NCBI GenBank assembly: GCA_044356215.1
Contig: JBIKWQ010000054.1
Location: 1-24,406, forward strand
DNA length: 24,406 bases
Source of the DNA: Bdellovibrionota bacterium
GTDB lineage: Bacteria; Bdellovibrionota_C; UBA2361; OMII01
Direction: 5' to 3'
The notes beneath the pieces are model-generated. The model ran no database searches. It saw nothing but the letters and a program-made list of their open reading frames with translations, and was not told where the DNA came from. This document shows positions 7,870 to 16,623 of this stretch, one piece after another. The translations under genes were made by a program, and so were the position numbers. Within the stretch, counting starts at the first letter, position 1. The number at the start of each line of letters is the position of its first letter.

Positions 7870-9270
7870 ATGCGCGCGGTTTTCTACGACCTTGAGACAT
7901 CGGATAAGAATCCAATTGGGCAGATTATTAACTACTGCTTTATATTCGTAGACGATCGTCTAGAGACTATTGATGAACTCTCTGGCTTAGTTAAATTATC
8001 GCGTCTGCAACTACCGGATTCAGGAGCGATACTGGCTAATCGCACAGATGTTGTTAAGCATCAAGAAGAGGCGCATGACTACGAAGAAGAGGCGATGCGG
8101 AAGATCGCGACGTTTCTTGAGTCGTGCATAGCGCGATCTGGTGGAGCGGTATCGTTCTTAGGGTATAACTCATCGCGTTTTGATCTCAATTACCTCCGAA
8201 CAAGTTTGATAAGGAACGGGGTTAATCCTTATTTTAATAATCAGTTGTTACCTCACGATCTCCTTCAATCTGTTCAGAAAGCGTATCTCTCCTCGAATAA
8301 GTTTAGAGAGCTAATTCTAAAGAGTAGAGATGGAGAGAAACGACTCTCTTTATCTCTAGAGACAGTAGGTCATGCGTTGGGCTTATTAGATGGGGCGCAG
8401 GCACATGAGTCACGTGAGGATGTGGTTTTAACCATAAGAGTCGCTGAGTGGTTACGACGTGAGTGTGGCATTGATCCCGTTGTCCATGAGCCTTATGAAG
8501 GTCTGCAGCTACACTCAACAGCCCGTTCCGGCAGCGTTTATTTCTTAGAGCAGCCCGAGTACGACCTAGACGTCGGGGATTTCTGCGCGCGAACTCCGGT
8601 GACGCTTTTAGACGCGAATCACAAAGCTGGTCTGTGGGTTGATCTAGAGCGCTACGCGAGCAAGCAGAGCCCTGAGTGCATCATGTGGAGGTCGGCGGCT
8701 AAGCATCCTTTTTTTGTTCCGCCACGAGCCTCAAACGATCCAGATCTGCAAAAATTAGCTCGGGCCGCGATGACTCAATTTAAATCGATTACGCTTAAAA
8801 ACTTCTTTAAGCCATCGACCTGTGATGTCGAGGCGGATATCTATCGCTTAGACTTTGATAATCTAGCGGTTTATATAAACGCGATTAAGGCAAATGATAA
8901 GAAGCTTCTAGAGCAGTGCACGAAACCTGAAGCCAAGATCTTGTGGGCAAGACGAATGCTCGCTAGTCCTAGAGCTAAGATTGAGGATCCCAAGACCGCT
9001 GAGACTCTTAGGAAGTACGCGCTTTACCGGTACGGAGGAAAGCTGCAGTTAGCGAGGAGTGTTTCAGAGAAGGAAGATGATAAGGATTCTGGTTTTCATA
9101 CCTCTCTAAGTGAGATGGTCCAGCAACTTATGCGCAGCAGGGAAGCGGCGGTGTTAACTCGAAACGAAGAGGATCAACGGTTACTGGATTCTTTAGAGAG
9201 TTATATTAGGAGCTCCGATATCGTGAAGGTCGCCGGAAATGAGCTTTTGCCGCATTGGTTTGGGGGGTAG
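7870..9270 (+). CDS. DEDDh 3'-5' exonuclease, exonuclease I (SbcB)-like, with a divergent C-terminal half
   Basis: ExoI FYDLETS, ExoII GYNSSRFD, ExoIII AHESRED; LP..GAIL and LSLETV..ALGL segments resemble SbcB; length is SbcB-like. Confidence 0.75.
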   Translation: MRAVFYDLETSDKNPIGQIINYCFIFVDDRLETIDELSGLVKLSRLQLPDSGAILANRTDVVKHQEEAHDYEEEAMRKIATFLESCIARSGGAVSFLGYNSSRFDLNYLRTSLIRNGVNPYFNNQLLPHDLLQSVQKAYLSSNKFRELILKSRDGEKRLSLSLETVGHALGLLDGAQAHESREDVVLTIRVAEWLRRECGIDPVVHEPYEGLQLHSTARSGSVYFLEQPEYDLDVGDFCARTPVTLLDANHKAGLWVDLERYASKQSPECIMWRSAAKHPFFVPPRASNDPDLQKLARAAMTQFKSITLKNFFKPSTCDVEADIYRLDFDNLAVYINAIKANDKKLLEQCTKPEAKILWARRMLASPRAKIEDPKTAETLRKYALYRYGGKLQLARSVSEKEDDKDSGFHTSLSEMVQQLMRSREAAVLTRNEEDQRLLDSLESYIRSSDIVKVAGNELLPHWFGG

Positions 9271-9299
9271 CTCTGCTGCTGTTCTCGTGGAATAGGTTT

Positions 9300-10085
9300 C
9301 TATCTGGTCCTGAATTCAGGTGCATTTCTGGGTTGAGCAACCCGACTCCAAACGACTTTGAAGAACTCTCTCAGCAAATATGAAATAGCCGAAGAGTTAA
9401 CAAGTATAGCATGAGAATCCTTATCATGAAGTGAGATATATAATACCGTACTTCCACCGATTAGCATCGAGGTATTCTCCGCGAACGCCTGTGGAACATA
9501 TCGCACTTCTCTAAGCGAATTGCCTTCGAGAAGAGGGGATCTCGTGTGCGGAACCTTATCTGGCATCATTAGAAATATATGAGTCTTTAACTTCTCTCGT
9601 CGCTCAACCGATTTGGCGAAGAGTCGAGGGTATCTCTTGATCAGGTCTGGATGAGAGAGTGAATATATCTGTTTAATCCGCTCCCTCTGAATGTGATCGT
9701 AGAATGAATCGAATGCAGTCGCGAAGCCTTTTCTTCCTGTGTACACACTCGTTGCGGGTTGCGCCGGGTGCTTAAACAGAAGCTCCTCAAATAGTGGGAT
9801 TGCCTCTGTTAACGCCTGCTGACGTGAATGTATATCGTGAAGAAGACTACGGGGATGTTCTGCTGAATAAACTGTCCGACGATTACGCTTCGCCTGGCCC
9901 ACCAATCCGCGTCTGATTAAACTATCGAGCGCCCTGTACACCGATGTTCGAGGAATCTTTGAGCTACGGGATACGTTAAGAGCTGATAACTGCCCATCTT
10001 TGACGAGCGCCAGATAGCAATCTATTTCCTCAAGCGAGAGACCCTGAAAACTCAAGATGGAACGGAGATGAGCGTTTATGTCCAT
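9300..10085 (-). CDS. TrmB-family transcriptional regulator
   Basis: GLSLEEIDCYLALVKDG.LSA.NVSR.SKIPRTSVYRALDSLIRRGLV winged HTH, a coiled segment, then VY.G..G and EVRYVP...F..VW, typical of the TrmB C-terminal domain. Confidence 0.88.
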   Translation of the reverse strand: MDINAHLRSILSFQGLSLEEIDCYLALVKDGQLSALNVSRSSKIPRTSVYRALDSLIRRGLVGQAKRNRRTVYSAEHPRSLLHDIHSRQQALTEAIPLFEELLFKHPAQPATSVYTGRKGFATAFDSFYDHIQRERIKQIYSLSHPDLIKRYPRLFAKSVERREKLKTHIFLMMPDKVPHTRSPLLEGNSLREVRYVPQAFAENTSMLIGGSTVLYISLHDKDSHAILVNSSAISYLLREFFKVVWSRVAQPRNAPEFRTR

Positions 10086-10095
10086 ATTATGGACA
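10079..10095. promoter_or_regulatory. Perfect 8-1-8 palindrome over the TrmB start codon, probable autoregulatory operator
   Basis: TGTCCATA-T-TATGGACA; the start codon (CAT, 10083-10085) lies inside the left arm. Confidence 0.65.
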
Positions 10096-10227
10096 CAATT
10101 ATGCTATATATTAAGTCCTATTTACAAGTTGTTAGTTCCTGTTCGCCTAAATCTGTCCACTATTTGTTGCATAAGCAGGTAAGTCATTTATCATAGCTTT
10201 ATGACAGCCTAATCATTTGGAGGATAT

Positions 10228-10599
10228 ATGCTAAAAACGAAAGATACCCGGATTTCTTTAACTCATTACCTGGCAAGCTTCGGCCTAGGAAGCTGCATCG
10301 GGATGACAACTTGGCTTCGACCATCAGAGCAGGACTATAATGATATGAAGCTTCCACCATCCACCGTTGAGCTAGCAGTAAAAGATCCGATAACAAGACG
10401 TCCTGCCATATTTGACATTCCGGTCAGCGCGAATAAGTTGGTTAGCGAGGAAAGCCAGGAGGAAGTCGTGAAACTCTTCGAAAGAGAGTATCCTGATTTA
10501 GTAGTGGAGAAATACGGGCCATGGTCCGATCGTGACGGCAACAGTGTCCTAAGGTGCGTGTGTGCTTTACGGTCGAAGGCTGCAGAACAGGATGATTAG
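10228..10599 (+). CDS. Hypothetical protein, possible N-terminal membrane anchor
   Basis: Strong SD GGAGGA just before the ATG; candidate promoter TTGCAT-16-TATCAT (10167-10194); moderately hydrophobic YLASFGLGSCIGMTTWL; divergent from TrmB. Confidence 0.65.
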   Translation: MLKTKDTRISLTHYLASFGLGSCIGMTTWLRPSEQDYNDMKLPPSTVELAVKDPITRRPAIFDIPVSANKLVSEESQEEVVKLFEREYPDLVVEKYGPWSDRDGNSVLRCVCALRSKAAEQDD

Positions 10600-10688
10600 A
10601 TCTTGAGACTCCCAACGCCTGCCGCAATACACACGCCTCTAATATCGGCAGAGAAAACTCCCAGAGAGATAGAGACCCTATCCCGCTC

Positions 10689-10722
10689 GACAAATTTGTC
10701 AGTTGCACCTGACAAATTTGTA
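10689..10722. promoter_or_regulatory. Two tandem palindromic boxes over the ATPase promoter
   Basis: GACAAATTTGTC (10689-10700) and GACAAATTTGTA (10711-10722), 22 bp apart, flanking a -35-like TTGCAC (10703-10708). Confidence 0.6.
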
Positions 10723-10737
10723 TGTTATTGATATAAC

Positions 10738-11916
10738 ATGGCTTTCATTCGACAGTTTGTCACTACCCTCCTCGCCAGAATCACCACTGACAACAACCCG
10801 TTAATTCAGGTTGTTATAGGTCCACGACAAGTTGGAAAGACCACAGGGGTCAAGACAGTGCTTCAGCAGGTTCCGCGAAGCCACTACGCAAATGCTGACC
10901 TTGCGCGAGCGCCAACTCAGGAATGGATAATCGAGCAATGGCAAGCCGCCAAAGCTCTCGGGAAAGGAACGGTACTGGCCCTCGACGAGATTCAGAAGAT
11001 CGAGCGTTGGAGCGACGTAATCAAGGGGCTCTACGATGACGACCGCGGCTCAGGTACGGTCAAAATTATTGTGATGGGTTCGGCGAGTCTCGCTCTGCGA
11101 GAGGGGCTCGGAGACAGCCTCCTCGGAAGGTTCGAACTCGTTGAAGTGCCGCATTGGTCTTTTTGGGAGAGCAACGCCGCGTTTGGCTGGGACCTCAATC
11201 AACACCTAATGTTTGGGGGCTATCCTGGAGCGGCGCACCTAATCGCAGATGCAGAGCGGTGGCAGGCCTTTATGCGCGACAGTGTAATCGAATCGGTGCT
11301 CGCGAAAGATATTTTTATGCTGGCGAAGATCGGGAAGCCCGCGCTCTTTAGACAGGTGTTAGAGATAGCGTTGCTCTATCCAGCGCAGGAGATTTCGTAT
11401 CAGAAGATCGTTGGACAACTTCAGGAGTCTGGAAGTGTTGAGACAGTTAAGAGCTACCTGAGCATCCTCGGCTCAGCATACTTGATTCAAGCTCTTGAGA
11501 AGTTCTCAACTCGCTCGATATCAGTCAAGAGTTCAAGCCCGAAGATCCTCCCCCTGTGTCCTGCCCTTGTGCATGCGCTCCAGAGTCCGTCAGAGATCCT
11601 CAGCAATCCCACGTGGCGTGGCCGGGTTCTCGAAACCACTGTAGGCGCGCACCTTGCCAAGCTGCCGAACACTAAGCTTTTCTACTGGAGGGACGGAAGG
11701 GATGAAGTAGATTTCGTGATTAAGAGCGGCTCTCACGTTTTGGGGGTAGAGGTAAAATCCGGCGGCCAAGTCACAGGCAAAGGAGTAGCCGCCTTCAGGG
11801 CTCAGTTCAAGGGAGCTCGATGTGTCACACTCTCTGAGCCACTTGCGCTTCAACTACTCGAACAAGATAGCGCCACCTCCGCATGTTTGGAGTGGTTGAG
11901 GTCGATTGCGGTTTAA
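10738..11916 (+). CDS. AAA_14 ATPase with DUF4143 and a C-terminal PD-(D/E)xK-like domain (COG1373-like)
   Basis: Walker A GPRQVGKT, Walker B LALDEIQ, MGSAS, LLGR, FGGYP, ETVKSYLSIL (HTH region), FYWRD..DEVDFV....GVEVKSG. Confidence 0.9.
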   Translation: MAFIRQFVTTLLARITTDNNPLIQVVIGPRQVGKTTGVKTVLQQVPRSHYANADLARAPTQEWIIEQWQAAKALGKGTVLALDEIQKIERWSDVIKGLYDDDRGSGTVKIIVMGSASLALREGLGDSLLGRFELVEVPHWSFWESNAAFGWDLNQHLMFGGYPGAAHLIADAERWQAFMRDSVIESVLAKDIFMLAKIGKPALFRQVLEIALLYPAQEISYQKIVGQLQESGSVETVKSYLSILGSAYLIQALEKFSTRSISVKSSSPKILPLCPALVHALQSPSEILSNPTWRGRVLETTVGAHLAKLPNTKLFYWRDGRDEVDFVIKSGSHVLGVEVKSGGQVTGKGVAAFRAQFKGARCVTLSEPLALQLLEQDSATSACLEWLRSIAV

Positions 11917-11917
11917 G

Positions 11918-11946
11918 TTAGAGAAGCGAGGCATAACCTTCCCTAA
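11918..11946 (-). repeat. Short copy of the TAGGGAAG-family element just after the ATPase stop codon
   Basis: Reverse complement TTAGGGAAGGTTATGCCTCGCTTCTCTAA shares TAGGGAAGG with 150-158 and CCTCGCTTC.CTAA with 2991-3004. Confidence 0.5.
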
Positions 11947-12056
11947 ATACGTTAGCCGCCCTTTAAGCATCTTTTTACAGCCCAGCCCCCGCAAAACCCT
12001 TGGCCCATCCCGATCTTCAGGGTAGACTCTCGGAGCCGTTGTTTTTCCGAGGTGCT

Positions 12057-15000
12057 GTGTCCGGCTTCTGTCATCTCCATCTTCATACTCAGTACAGTCT
12101 CTTAGACGGGGCCAATAAGATCCCCGATGTATTAATTCGCGCCGCGCAGATGGGTCAGCCCGCGATCGCGATGACCGATCACGGAAATATGCACGGCGCG
12201 GTTGAGTTCTATCTTGAAGCTAAATCGGCTGGCATTAAACCGATTATCGGTTGCGAGCTTTATGTCACCCCTGGTTCTCGCTTTGAGCGCAAGATGTCCT
12301 CAAAAGGAGGAGCGGGAACGTGTCACTTAACTGTTCTCGCCTCCAATAAGACCGGATACCAAAACCTCTGCAAGCTATCTAGTTTAGCTTACAAAGAGGG
12401 ATTTTATTTTAAGCCGCGCGTTGATCACGAGATCCTTGAACGCTACTCAGAGGGATTGATAGTGCTGAGTGGTTGCTTAGCGGGCGAGTTGGCTCAGGCC
12501 ACTGAGCTAGATGATTACAAAGGCGCTAAAGAGGTAGCTGAGTTTTACGCGAGGGTGTTTAAGGATCGTTTCTATCTAGAGATCCAGCCGCATCCAATTA
12601 AAGATCAACAGCGACACAATACAGCGGTGCTTGATCTCGCTAAATCGATGGGAATACCTCTTGTGGCTACGACTGATTGCCACTACCTAGAGCACGGCGA
12701 TCACTTCGCTCAGGAAGTTCTAATGTGCATCTCAACTGGTAAGACGGTTATGGATCCAGACCGTTTACGCCACGAAGGCTTCGCTCTCCATCTAAAGAGC
12801 GAGCAGGAGATGTTAGCTGAGTTCTCAAGCTACAAAGAGGGGGAGGAGGCCGTTAAAAATACGGGGCTAATCGCGTCTCAATGTGATCTCTCCTTAGAGT
12901 CTAAGACCTACTACATGCCTAAGTTCACCTCAGATGACGAGCGGCCGCTGATCGATGTGATGGCGGAGTTAGCTCGTGATGGTTTGAAGAAGAGACTTGA
13001 GGTCATGTCGGCCGCGAGTGATTGGGATCCCGCTAGCACTCAAGCTTACAATGATCGCTTAGAGCTTGAGATATCGCTCATAGGCAAGATGGGGTTCGCT
13101 GGATACTTCCTGGTGGTAGCGGACTTTATCGTTTGGGCTAAGGATAACGGAATCCCTGTAGGACCAGGTCGTGGTTCGGTAGCTGGTTCTCTGGTGGCTT
13201 ACGCGATGCGTATAACCGAGGTTGATCCGATCTCAAATAAGCTATTCTTCGAGCGCTTTCTAAATCCGGAACGTGTCAGCATGCCTGATATAGACGTGGA
13301 TTTCTGTATTCACGGTAGGCAGCGTGTCATCAAGTATGTCGTAGAGAAATACGGCAAAGAGAACGTGTCGCAGATCGCCACGTTCGGAACTCTAAAAGCC
13401 AAAGCAGCGATTAAAGATGTAGGTCGCGCTTTAGGTATGAGTTACGCCGAGACCGATCGTGTAGCGCAGCTAGTTCCGCCGCCGAGACAGGGCTTTGATT
13501 ATCCGCTCAGTGAGGCTCTCACGATGGAGCCAAAGTTGGCTGAGTACGCGGCGGGTGAGGGCAAGGAGCTGATTGAGTTAGCGAAGAAGTTAGAGGGGCT
13601 CACCAGACACTCGTCGACCCATGCGGCTGGCGTGGTAATTGGTGACCGGCCGCTCGACGATATCTTACCGATGATGGTCGATAAGGACGGTAACGATGTC
13701 ACTCAGTACTCAATGACCTATGTCGAGAAAGTCGGACTGGTGAAGTTTGACTTCTTGGGTCTAAAGACCCTTACAGTATTACACACAGCTCTCGATATTA
13801 TTAAAGAGAGCCGTGGTGTTGAGTTGGATCTCAATAAACTACCGCTAGCGGATCAAAAGACCTATTCGATTCTCTGCGCTGGAAATACTACCGGTGTGTT
13901 CCAATTAGAGTCGAGCGGTATCACCGAGATGGTGGTTCGATTAAAGCCTAGCAGCTTCGATGATATCGTCGCTATCTTGGCGCTTTATCGACCTGGTCCG
14001 CTGGACGCGGGGATGGTTGATCACTACATCGAGCGAAAGCACGGACGCGAGCCGATCGTTTATCTTCACCCGTTGATGAAGGATATATTGGCCGACACTT
14101 ACGGCGTAATCCTCTATCAAGAGCAGATCATGCAACTAGCACAGGCGCTCTCTGGATATACCCTGGGAGAAGCCGATCTCCTCCGAAAAGCGATGGGTAA
14201 AAAGAACCCAGAGGAGATGGCTAAGCAGGCTGTTCGCTTCGTCGATGGATGCGTTCAGAGATCGATCGATAAGAAGTTAGCCGAAGAGATCTTCCAGCAG
14301 ATGGAAACCTTCGCGCGTTACGGCTTTAACCGTAGTCACACGGCGGCATACGCGTTGATTTCATTTCAAACAGCTTATTTAAAAGCGCACTACGGAGTTG
14401 AGTTCATGGCGGCGTTGATGACGCACGACATGGAAGATAGCGACAAAACCTTCAAAAACTTCAACGAGTGCAGACGTGGCGGTATTACGGTAATGCCGCC
14501 AAACCTTAATGAGAGTTTGTCTAGTTTCGCGGTGAGGCAGGGCAATATCCTTTTCGGGTTAGCGGCTGTTAAGGGTACTGGAGAGAAGGCTGTAGAGGCG
14601 ATATTAAAAGCCAGAAAAGACGGCCCTTTTAAGGATCTTGAGGATCTCTTAGGTAGGATTGATCTCTCGCAGGTTAACAAGCGTGTTATCGAGAATATGA
14701 TCAGTAGTGGCGCGCTTGATTACAGCGGCGCTTCTCGTCGTGATATGTGTGAGAGGTTAGAAGACCTTCTTAAAGTATTCGCTTCTCAGAAAAATGTCGA
14801 TCCGAATCAGATGTCTCTTTTCGGAGCCGCGACCGCCAAGCCAACTCTGCCGCGGCGAGGGGCGCCTATGCCGGAATGGCCGGTTAATCAGAAGTTAGCC
14901 TATGAGCGAGAGGCTTTGGGCTTTTACATCTCTGGACACCCTTTAGAGAAGTTTAGGTGGGATCTGCGACGACTCGGCGCCGTGAGTACCGCTGATGTTA

Positions 15001-15521
15001 AAGCCCGCGGAATCAAAGAGGTCAGAATCGGCGGTGTAATCACGGCTCTTAAGCTAAAGAACACCAAGAAGGGTGACCGCTATGCGAGTTTTGTGCTTGA
15101 GGACTGGCTAGGAACGATCGATTCCCTTGTATGGCCTGATACATACAGACAGGTTCATTCGTTAATCGCCGCTGATGAGCCTGTGTTGATTACCGGTAGA
15201 GCAGAGGTGACACCCGAACGGTGTTCGTTAGTGGTCGACACGATGGAGTCTCTAATTAAGTTAAGAGACCGTAATGCCACACAGGGCTTTTTGCTCCTTA
15301 ATACTCGCGATAACTTCGAGTCTAAGCTGCCTAAGGTGCAGTCGATCTTTGAGAAGCACACAGGTACCTGCCCTATAAAAGTGAGACTTAAGCTAGAAAG
15401 CGAGGAGGTCTCTATAGTGCTTAGAGATGGTAGTAATACCCCTGTTTGTGTTTTACCATCAGAATCTCTGTGTGAGGAGATCGAGCAGGTTTTTGGACGG
15501 CCGGTTCTCACCTTTATGTAG
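12057..15521 (+). CDS. dnaE: DNA polymerase III alpha subunit
   Basis: PHP HLHLHTQYSLLDG, TDHGN; GPGRGS; FERFLNPERVSMPDIDVDF; KFDFLGL; GVFQLES; YGFNRSH; clamp-binding QMSLF; OB fold. GTG 12057 (after GAGGT) preferred over TTG 12000. No intein evident. Confidence 0.97.
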   Translation: MSGFCHLHLHTQYSLLDGANKIPDVLIRAAQMGQPAIAMTDHGNMHGAVEFYLEAKSAGIKPIIGCELYVTPGSRFERKMSSKGGAGTCHLTVLASNKTGYQNLCKLSSLAYKEGFYFKPRVDHEILERYSEGLIVLSGCLAGELAQATELDDYKGAKEVAEFYARVFKDRFYLEIQPHPIKDQQRHNTAVLDLAKSMGIPLVATTDCHYLEHGDHFAQEVLMCISTGKTVMDPDRLRHEGFALHLKSEQEMLAEFSSYKEGEEAVKNTGLIASQCDLSLESKTYYMPKFTSDDERPLIDVMAELARDGLKKRLEVMSAASDWDPASTQAYNDRLELEISLIGKMGFAGYFLVVADFIVWAKDNGIPVGPGRGSVAGSLVAYAMRITEVDPISNKLFFERFLNPERVSMPDIDVDFCIHGRQRVIKYVVEKYGKENVSQIATFGTLKAKAAIKDVGRALGMSYAETDRVAQLVPPPRQGFDYPLSEALTMEPKLAEYAAGEGKELIELAKKLEGLTRHSSTHAAGVVIGDRPLDDILPMMVDKDGNDVTQYSMTYVEKVGLVKFDFLGLKTLTVLHTALDIIKESRGVELDLNKLPLADQKTYSILCAGNTTGVFQLESSGITEMVVRLKPSSFDDIVAILALYRPGPLDAGMVDHYIERKHGREPIVYLHPLMKDILADTYGVILYQEQIMQLAQALSGYTLGEADLLRKAMGKKNPEEMAKQAVRFVDGCVQRSIDKKLAEEIFQQMETFARYGFNRSHTAAYALISFQTAYLKAHYGVEFMAALMTHDMEDSDKTFKNFNECRRGGITVMPPNLNESLSSFAVRQGNILFGLAAVKGTGEKAVEAILKARKDGPFKDLEDLLGRIDLSQVNKRVIENMISSGALDYSGASRRDMCERLEDLLKVFASQKNVDPNQMSLFGAATAKPTLPRRGAPMPEWPVNQKLAYEREALGFYISGHPLEKFRWDLRRLGAVSTADVKARGIKEVRIGGVITALKLKNTKKGDRYASFVLEDWLGTIDSLVWPDTYRQVHSLIAADEPVLITGRAEVTPERCSLVVDTMESLIKLRDRNATQGFLLLNTRDNFESKLPKVQSIFEKHTGTCPIKVRLKLESEEVSIVLRDGSNTPVCVLPSESLCEEIEQVFGRPVLTFM

Positions 15522-15529
15522 GGGCGCGC

Positions 15530-16615
15530 ATGTCTAGAGAACGCGATTCATTTATACCACCACGTTGGTTCATGACGGTTGCAACATTAGCGTTGACCAT
15601 CTGGTTGGTAGCTCAGCTAAAGGAGTTGGTGGTTCTTTTAGTGGTTGGATACTTCGTCGCTTACGCGATTGACCCAGTGATCACTAGGTTGCAACTCAAA
15701 GGAGTTTCAAGGCCCCTAGCTTTCGCGCTTCTTTGCGCCGTTGTTACAGCGGTCTTAGTATTGGCGTGCGTGACGGCAGTGCCAACCTTAGTCGATGAAT
15801 TTTCCAAGTTAAGCTCGAACCTAAACAGCTATCTACAAACTAGCCGAGATAAGTTAGCTCCCCTACTTGAGAGGGCGAAGGATTATCTCCCAGAGAGTTT
15901 AAGATCCCGGATAGACTTTGAGGATATTAATGGATCGATCCTATCGCTTGTCTCATCGGTAAGTGGTGACACAATTAAGAAAGTCGGAAGGGGAATTCTA
16001 GCTACTCTTTTAACTGGTTACTCTGGCGCGTTAGCTCTCTTTAACCTGCTACTGCTCCCCTTTATAATTTTCTATATCGCGGTAGATCTTCCGCGAATCC
16101 ACGCATTTTTTAGAGCTTTATTTCCAGTCACTAAACGCTCACGAGTAGACCGAATCTGCGGTGAGATCGATCGTTACGTTTCGTCTTTTGTTCGTGGTCA
16201 GGCGATCGTTTGCTCGGTGTTGTTTGTTCTTTACGCGATCGGCCTGGGCTTAGTTGGAGTTGATCTCTGGCTGCTTCTCGCGGCGATAGCGGGTTTTGGT
16301 AATATGGTCCCGTATTTGGGGACCGCGCTCGGTATCTTTCTTAGCTGCGTAATGGCAGTAGTTACGTTTGGCGATCTCTCGCATGTTCTCTGGGTGTTTT
16401 TAGTTTTTGGTGTCGTGCAATTCCTTGAGGGGATGGTGATTACACCAAGAATAATGGGTGAGTCGGTAGGTTTATCGCCGCTAATAATCATCTTGTCACT
16501 CTTTGCTGGTGGGCAACTGTTTGGTCTGCTCGGAATATTTCTGGCGATCCCAGCGGCGGCAACACTAAGGGTTCTGGTGCGCCACTCGTACCAGTGGGTT
16601 TTAGATAGTCATTAA
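15530..16615 (+). CDS. AI-2E (PerM/TqsA) family membrane protein
   Basis: Multiple TM helices; AYAIDP, FVRGQ, N.VPYLG, QFLEG..ITPRIMGESVGLSP, G.LFG.LG.FLAIP. Confidence 0.92.
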   Translation: MSRERDSFIPPRWFMTVATLALTIWLVAQLKELVVLLVVGYFVAYAIDPVITRLQLKGVSRPLAFALLCAVVTAVLVLACVTAVPTLVDEFSKLSSNLNSYLQTSRDKLAPLLERAKDYLPESLRSRIDFEDINGSILSLVSSVSGDTIKKVGRGILATLLTGYSGALALFNLLLLPFIIFYIAVDLPRIHAFFRALFPVTKRSRVDRICGEIDRYVSSFVRGQAIVCSVLFVLYAIGLGLVGVDLWLLLAAIAGFGNMVPYLGTALGIFLSCVMAVVTFGDLSHVLWVFLVFGVVQFLEGMVITPRIMGESVGLSPLIIILSLFAGGQLFGLLGIFLAIPAAATLRVLVRHSYQWVLDSH

Positions 16616-16623
16616 GGAAAAAG

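Noticed and set aside
10606..10646. Faint similarity to the reverse complement of the 91-bp repeat (GACTCC..CGCAA..CACAC..CCTCTAAT)
   Set aside because: Only short scattered words; cannot be told from chance by eye.
12000..15521. Intein or split in dnaE; N-terminal extension from TTG 12000
   Set aside because: Motifs are collinear at normal length; GTG 12057 with an SD gives a standard N-terminus.
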